Shown here: in pieces, positions 56,601 to 64,000 of the stretch
How positions within the stretch are numbered: the first letter of the stretch is position 1
How the letters are laid out: each line of letters starts with the position of its first letter
DNA from: Auanema rhodensis
Taxonomy: Eukaryota; Animalia; Nematoda
Direction of reading: 5' to 3'
DNA: 64,000 bases
NCBI GenBank assembly: GCA_964057225.1
Contig: OZ059899.1
Span: 19,034,001 to 19,098,000, forward strand
The notes under the pieces: model-generated
The model's database searches: none
Told to the model about the DNA's origin: nothing
The model's input: only the letters and a program-made list of their open reading frames with translations
Translations under genes and position numbers: made by a program

Positions 56601-58250
56601 GCTTAATACAAAAATAAGTTATGATCGTTTGAAAAATGATGCATTAGTGTATGTTGAGTTTCCATGTACACTCAACATTGCTTCCAAAAACATTTTGACA
56701 AAAATTTTTCCGAAAAATTTCAAAATAATTTCGCAAAAAGTAGATGTTTTTAGATTCCTTTTTTCAAGGCAAAGACGATGGACAATGTTATTCAACGAAA
56801 AAATTAATTCTCCAGGGTGAAAATCGAGGATGTAAGTGTGAACTTATATCAGTTGATATCTCGGTGCATTTTTAAGCTAGCGCAAATCTGATAACACAGA
56901 TCGACGCAGCTTAAAAATCCGCATCGAATGCACTATACAACATTGAGAAACGCTTAATACAAAAATTAGTTATGATCGTTTGAAAAATGATGCATTAGTG
57001 TATGTTGAGTTTCCATGTACACTCAACATTGCTTCCAAAAACATTTTGACAAAAATTTTTCCGAAAAATTTCAAAATAATTTCGCAAAAAGTAGATGTTT
57101 TTAGATTCCTTTTTTCAAGGTAAAGACGATGGACAATGTTATTCAACGAAAAAATTAATTCTCCAGGGTGAAAATCGAGGATGTAAGTGTGAACTTATAT
57201 CAGTTGATATCTCGGTGCATTTTTAAGCTAGCGCAAATCTGATAACACAGATCGACGCAGCTTAAAAATCCGCATCGAATGCACTATACAACATTGAGAA
57301 ACGCTTAATACAAAAATAAGTTATGATCGTTTGAAAAATGATGCATTAGTGTATGTTGAGTTTCCATGTACACTCAACATTGCTTCCAAAAACATTTTGA
57401 CAAAAATTTTTCCGAAAAATTTCAAAATAATTTCGCAAAAAGTAGATGTTTTTAGATTCCTTTTTTCAAGGCAAAGACGATGGACAATGTTATTCAACGA
57501 AAAAATTAATTCTCCAGGGTGAAAATCGAGGATGTAAGTGTGAACTTATATCAGTTGATATCTCGGTGCATTTTTAAGCTAGCGCAAATCTGATAACACA
57601 GATCGACGCAGCTTAAAAATCCGCATCGAATGCACTATACAACATTGAGAAACGCTTAATACAAAAATAAGTTATGATCGTTTGAAAAATGATGCATTAG
57701 TGTATGTTGAGTTTCCATGTACACTCAACATTGCTTCCAAAAACATTTTGACAAAAATTTTTCCGAAAAATTTCAAAATAATTTCGCAAAAAGTAGATGT
57801 TTTTAGATTCCTTTTTTCAAGGCAAAGACGATGGACAATGTTATTCAACGAAAAAATTAATTCTCCAGGGTGAAAATCGAGGATGTAAGTGTGAACTTAT
57901 ATCAGTTGATATCTCGGTGCATTTTTCAGCTAGCGCAAATCTGATAACACAGATCGACGCAGCTTAAAAATCCGCATCGAATGCACTATACAACATTAAG
58001 AAACGCTTAATACAAAAATAAGTTATGATCGTTTGAAAAATGATGCATTAGTGTATGTTGAGTTTCCATGTACACTCAACATTGCTTCCAAAAACATTTT
58101 GACAAAAATTTTTCCGAAAAATTTCAAAATAATTTCGCAAAAAGTAGATGTTTTTAGATTCCTTTTTTCAAGGCAAAGACGATGGACAATGTTATTCAAC
58201 GAAAAAATTAATTCTCCAGGGTGAAAATCGAGGATGTAAGTGTGAACTTA
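48700..58250. repeat. Nested block duplications at offsets of 11, 12 and 6 monomers
   Basis: 48907/52768 and 49258/53119 (3861 bp); 49960/54172, 50662/54874 and 51715/55927 (4212 bp); 54874/56980 and 55927/58033 (2106 bp). Markers are aggtaaag, tttttcagc and acattaag. Confidence 0.8.
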
Positions 58251-61200
58251 TATCAGTTGATATCTCGGTGCATTTTTAAGCTAGCGCAAATCTGATAACA
58301 CAGATCGACGCAGCTTAAAAATCCGCATCGAATGCACTATACAACATTGAGAAACGCTTAATACAAAAATTAGTTATGATCGTTTGAAAAATGATGCATT
58401 AGTGTATGTTGAGTTTCCATGTACACTCAACATTGCTTCCAAAAACATTTTGACAAAAATTTTTCCGAAAAATTTCAAACTAATTTCGCAAAAAGTAGAT
58501 GTTTTTAGATTCCTTTTTTCAAGGCAAAGACGATGGACAATGTTATTCAACGAAAAAATTAATTCTCCAGGGTGAAAATCGAGGATGTAAGTGTGAACTT
58601 ATATCAGTTGATATCTCGGTGCATTTTTAAGCTAGCGCAAATCTGATAACACAGATCGACGCAGCTTAAAAATCCGCATCGAATGCACTATACAACATTG
58701 AGAAACGCTTAATACAAAAATAAGTTATGATCGTTTGAAAAATGATGCATTAGTGTATGTTGAGTTTCCATGTACACTCAACATTGCTTCCAAAAACATT
58801 TTGACAAAAATTTTTCCGAAAAATTTCAAAATAATTTCGCAAAAAGTAGATGTTTTTAGATTCCTTTTTTCAAGGCAAAGACGATGGACAATGTTATTCA
58901 ACGAAAAAATTAATTCTCCAGGGTGAAAATCGAGGATGTAAGTGTGAACTTATATCAGTTGATATCTCGGTGCATTTTTAAGCTAGCGCAAATCTGATAA
59001 CACAGATCGACGCAGCTTAAAAATCCGCATCGAATGCACTATACAACATTGAGAAACGCTTAATACAAAAATTAGTTATGATCGTTTGAAAAATGATGCA
59101 TTAGTGTATGTTGAGTTTCCATGTACACTCAACATTGCTTCCAAAAACATTTTGACAAAAATTTTTCCGAAAAATTTCAAAATAATTTCGCAAAAAGTAG
59201 ATGTTTTTAGATTCCTTTTTTCAAGGCAAAGACGATGGACAATGTTATTCAACGAAAAAATTAATTCTCCAGGGTGAAAATCGAGGATGTAAGTGTGAAC
59301 TTATATCAGTTGATATCTCGGTGCATTTTTAAGCTAGCGCAAATCTGATAACACAGATCGACGCAGCTTAAAAATCCGCATCGAATGCACTATACAACAT
59401 TGAGAAACGCTTAATACAAAAATAAGTTATGATCGTTTGAAAAATGATGCATTAGTGTATGTTGAGTTTCCATGTACACTCAACATTGCTTCCAAAAACA
59501 TTTTGACAAAAATTTTTCCGAAAAATTTCAAAATAATTTCGCAAAAAGTAGATGTTTTTAGATTCCTTTTTTCAAGGCAAAGACGATGGACAATGTTATT
59601 CAACGAAAAAATTAATTCTCCAGGGTGAAAATCGAGGATGTAAGTGTGAACTTATATCAGTTGATATCTCGGTGCATTTTTAAGCTAGCGCAAATCTGAT
59701 AACACAGATCGACGCAGCTTAAAAATCCGCATCGAATGCACTATACAACATTGAGAAACGCTTAATACAAAAATTAGTTATGATCGTTTGAAAAAAGATG
59801 CATTAGTGTAAGTTGAGTTTCCATGTACACTCAACATTGCTTCCAAAAACATTTTGACAAAAATTTTTCCGAAAAATTTCAAAATAATTTCGCAAAAAGT
59901 AGATGTTTTCAGATTCCTTTTTTCAAGGCAAAGACGATGGACAAAGTTATTCAACGAAAAAATTAATTCTGCAGGGTGAAAATCGAGGATATAAGTGTGA
60001 ACTTATATCAGTTGATATCTCGGTGCATTTTTAAGCTAGCGCAAATCTGATAACACAGATCGACGCAGCTTAAGAATCCGCATCGAATGCACTATACAAC
60101 ATTGAGAAACGCTTAATACAAAAATTAGTTATGATCGTTTGAAAAATGATGCATTAGTGTATGTTGAGTTTCCATGTACACTCAACATTGCTTCCAAAAA
60201 CATTTTGACAAAAATTTTTCCGAAAAATTTCAAAATAATTTCGCAAAAAGTAGATGTTTTTAGATTCCTTTTTTCAAGGCAAAGACGATGGACAATGTTA
60301 TTCAACGAAAAAATTAATTCTCCAGGGTGAAAATCGAGGATGTAAGTGTGAACTTATATCAGTTGATATCTCGGTGCATTTTTAAGCTAGCGCAAATCTG
60401 ATAACACAGATCGACGCAGCTTAAAAATCCGCATCGAATGCACTATACAACATTGAGAAACGCTTAATACAAAAATAAGTTATGATCGTTTGAAAAATGA
60501 TGCATTAGTGTATGTTGAGTTTCCATGTACACTCAACATTGCTTCCAAAAACATTTTGACAAAAATTTTTCCGAAAAATTTCAAAATAATTTCGCAAAAA
60601 GTAGATGTTTTTAGATTCCTTTTTTCAAGGCAAAGACGATGGACAATGTTATTCAACGAAAAAATTAATTCTCCAGGGTGAAAATCGAGGATGTAAGTGT
60701 GAACTTATATCAGTTGATATCTCGGTGCATTTTTAAGCTAGCGCAAATCTGATAACACAGATCGACGCAGCTTAAAAATCCGCATCGAATGCACTATACA
60801 ACATTGAGAAACGCTTAATACAAAAATAAGTTATGATCGTTTGAAAAATGATGCATTAGTGTATGTTGAGTTTCCATGTACACTCAACATTGCTTCCAAA
60901 AACATTTTGACAAAAATTTTTCCGAAAAATTTCAAAATAATTTCGCAAAAAGTAGATGTTTTTAGATTCCTTTTTTCAAGGCAAAGACGATGGACAATGT
61001 TATTCAACGAAAAAATTAATTCTCCAGGGTGAAAATCGAGGATGTAAGTGTGAACTTATATCAGTTGATATCTCGGTGCATTTTTAAGCTAGCGCAAATC
61101 TGATAACACAGATCGACGCAGCTTAAAAATCCGCATCGAATGCACTATACAACATTGAGAAACGCTTAATACAAAAATAAGTTATGATCGTTTGAAAAAT

Positions 61201-64000
61201 GATGCATTAGTGTATGTTGAGTTTCCATGTACACTCAACATTGCTTCCAAAAACATTTTGACAAAAATTTTTCCGAAAAATTTCAAAATAATTTCGCAAA
61301 AAGTAGATGTTTTTAGATTCCTTTTTTCAAGGCAAAGACGATGGACAATGTTATTCAACGAAAAAATTAATTCTCCAGGGTGAAAATCGAGGATGTAAGT
61401 GTGAACTTATATCAGTTGATATCTCGGTGCATTTTTAAGCTAGCGCAAATCTGATAACACAGATCGACGCAGCTTAAAAATCCGCATCGAATGCACTATA
61501 CAACATTGAGAAACGCTTAATACAAAAATAAGTTATGATCGTTTGAAAAATGATGCATTAGTGTATGTTGAGTTTCCATGTACACTCAACATTGCTTCCA
61601 AAAACATTTTGACAAAAATTTTTCCGAAAAATTTCAAAATAATTTCGCAAAAAGTAGATGTTTTTAGATTCCTTTTTTCAAGGCAAAGACGATGGACAAT
61701 GTTATTCAACGAAAAAATTAATTCTCCAGGGTGAAAATCGAGGATGTAAGTGTGAACTTATATCAGTTGATATCTCGGTGCATTTTTAAGCTAGCGCAAA
61801 TCTGATAACACAGATCGACGCAGCTTAAAAATCCGCATCGAATGCACTATACAACATTGAGAAACGCTTAATACAAAAATAAGTTATGATCGTTTGAAAA
61901 ATGATGCATTAGTGTATGTTGAGTTTCCATGTACACTCAACATTGCTTCCAAAAACATTTTGACAAAAATTTTTCCGAAAAATTTCAAACTAATTTCGCA
62001 AAAAGTAGATGTTTTTAGATTCCTTTTTTCAAGGCAAAGACGATGGACAATGTTATTCAACGAAAAAATTAATTCTCCAGGGTGAAAATCGAGGATGTAA
62101 GTGTGAACTTATATCAGTTGATATCTCGGTGCATTTTTAAGCTAGCGCAAATCTGATAACACAGATCGACGCAGCTTAAAAATCCGCATCGAATGCACTA
62201 TACAACATTGAGAAACGCTTAATACAAAAATAAGTTATGATCGTTTGAAAAATGATGCATTAGTGTATGTTGAGTTTCCATGTACACTCAACATTGCTTC
62301 CAAAAACATTTTGACAAAAATTTTTCCGAAAAATTTCAAAATAATTTCGCAAAAAGTAGATGTTTTTAGATTCCTTTTTTCAAGGCAAAGACGATGGACA
62401 ATGTTATTCAACGAAAAAATTAATTCTCCAGGGTGAAAATCGAGGATGTAAGTGTGAACTTATATCAGTTGATATCTCGGTGCATTTTTAAGCTAGCGCA
62501 AATCTGATAACACAGATCGACGCAGCTTAAAAATCCGCATCGAATGCACTATACAACATTGAGAAACGCTTAATACAAAAATAAGTTATGATCGTTTGAA
62601 AAATGATGCATTAGTGTATGTTGAGTTTCCATGTACACTCAACATTGCTTCCAAAAACATTTTGACAAAAATTTTTCCGAAAAATTTCAAAATAATTTCG
62701 CAAAAAGTAGATGTTTTTAGATTCCTTTTTTCAAGGCAAAGACGATGGACAATGTTATTCAACGAAAAAATTAATTCTCCAGGGTGAAAATCGAGGATGT
62801 AAGTGTGAACTTATATCAGTTGATATGTCGGTGCATTTTTAAGCTAGCGCAAATCTGATAACACAGATCGACGCAGCTTAAAAATCCGCATCGAATGCAC
62901 TATACAACATTGAGAAACGCTTAATACAAAAATAAGTTATGATCGTTTGAAAAATGATGCATTAGTGTATGTTGAGTTTCCATGTACACTCAACATTGCT
63001 TCCAAAAACATTTTGACAAAAATTTTTCCGAAAAATTTCAAAATAGTTTCGCAAAAAGTAGATGTTTTTAGATTCCTTTTTTCAAGGCAAAGACGATGGA
63101 CAATGTTATTCAACGAAAAAATTAATTCTCCAGGGTGAAAATCGAGGATGTAAGTGTGAACTTATATCAGTTGATATCTCGGTGCATTTTTAAGCTAGCG
63201 CAAATCTGATAACACAGATCGACGCAGCTTAAAAATCCGCATCGAATGCACTATACAACATTGAGAAACGCTTAATACAAAAATTAGTTATGATCGTTTG
63301 AAAAATGATGCATTAGTGTATGTTGAGTTTCCATGTACACTCAACATTGCTTCCAAAAACATTTTGACAAAAATTTTTCCGAAAAATTTCAAACTAATTT
63401 CGCAAAAAGTAGATGTTTTTAGATTTCTTTTTTCAAGGCAAAGACGATGGACAATGTTATTCAACGAAAAAATTAATTCTCCAGGGTGAAAATCGAGGAT
63501 GTAAGTGTGAACTTATATCAGTTGATATCTCGGTGCATTTTTAAGCTAGCGCAAATCTGATAACACAGATCGACGCAGCTTAAAAATCCGCATCGAATGC
63601 ACTATACAACATTGAGAAACGCTTAATACAAAAATAAGTTATGATCGTTTGAAAAATGATGCATTAGTGTATGTTGAGTTTCCATGTACACTCAACATTG
63701 CTTCCAAAAACATTTTGACAAAAATTTTTCCGAAAAATTTCAAAATAATTTCGCAAAAAGTAGATGTTTTTAGATTCTTTTTTTCAAGGCAAAGACGATG
63801 GACAATGTTATTCAACGAAAAAATTAATTCTCCAGGGTGAAAATCGAGGATGTAAGTGTGAACTTATATCAGTTGATATCTCGGTGCATTTTTAAGCTAG
63901 CGCAAATCTGATAACACAGATCGACGCAGCTTAAAAATCCGCATCGAATGCACTATACAACATTGAGAAACGCTTAATACAAAAATTAGTTATGATCGTT

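Larger units (their letters stand above)
1..64000. repeat. Tandem satellite DNA array, 351-bp monomer, ~182 head-to-tail copies; runs off both window ends
   Basis: The motif cggtgcatttttaagctagcgcaaatctg... recurs every 351 bp. ORF-track starts fall at 119+351n up to 34868 and at 35569+351n up to 63649. Copies differ only by scattered substitutions. Confidence 0.99.

Noticed and set aside
119-63840. Repeated 63-aa ORF (MKNDALVYVEFPCTLNIASK...) as a tandem gene family
   Set aside because: It starts at TTG and has no recognisable domain. Its K/F/I/N richness reflects the A/T tracts. At least three independent nonsense alleles (TAT>TAA, TCG>TAG, CAA>TAA) have been amplified in dozens of copies, and most variants are nonsynonymous, so there is no sign of coding constraint.
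1-64000. CRISPR array
   Set aside because: There are no unique spacers; the entire 351 bp is repeated, and no cas genes are present.
1-64000. Assignment to a named satellite family (e.g. Drosophila 359-bp or Tribolium ~360-bp)
   Set aside because: Only length and AT-richness are similar. I recognise no sequence identity, and a database search is required.

Overview
The whole 64-kb window is one uninterrupted, head-to-tail satellite DNA array: about 182 copies of a 351-bp, AT-rich monomer (about 32% GC by hand count of copy 1), all in one orientation. I found no genes, transposon insertions, inversions or unique spacers. The recurring 63-aa 'ORF' is a TTG-started artefact of the repeat and is often broken by stop codons. 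Two layers of structure are worth attention. (i) Inside the monomer there are three stem-loops, a spaced ~118-bp dyad (ATATCT..AAGC..TCGACGC / GCATCGA..GCTT..AGTTAT), an apparently invariant ~40-bp box, and an A/T-tract segment. (ii) Along the array, monomer length is almost perfectly conserved (one net 1-bp indel), and there are local multimer duplications with offsets of 2-13 monomers, mosaic monomers, spatially confined variant haplotypes, and a shift to near-consensus copies at the right end. This fits a eukaryotic (peri)centromeric or heterochromatic satellite, probably from a genome with little CpG methylation. I cannot identify the species or family from the sequence alone, and I found no solid evidence of a new protein-coding system. 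Coordinates of duplication blocks are approximate because they were read by eye from diagnostic SNPs.
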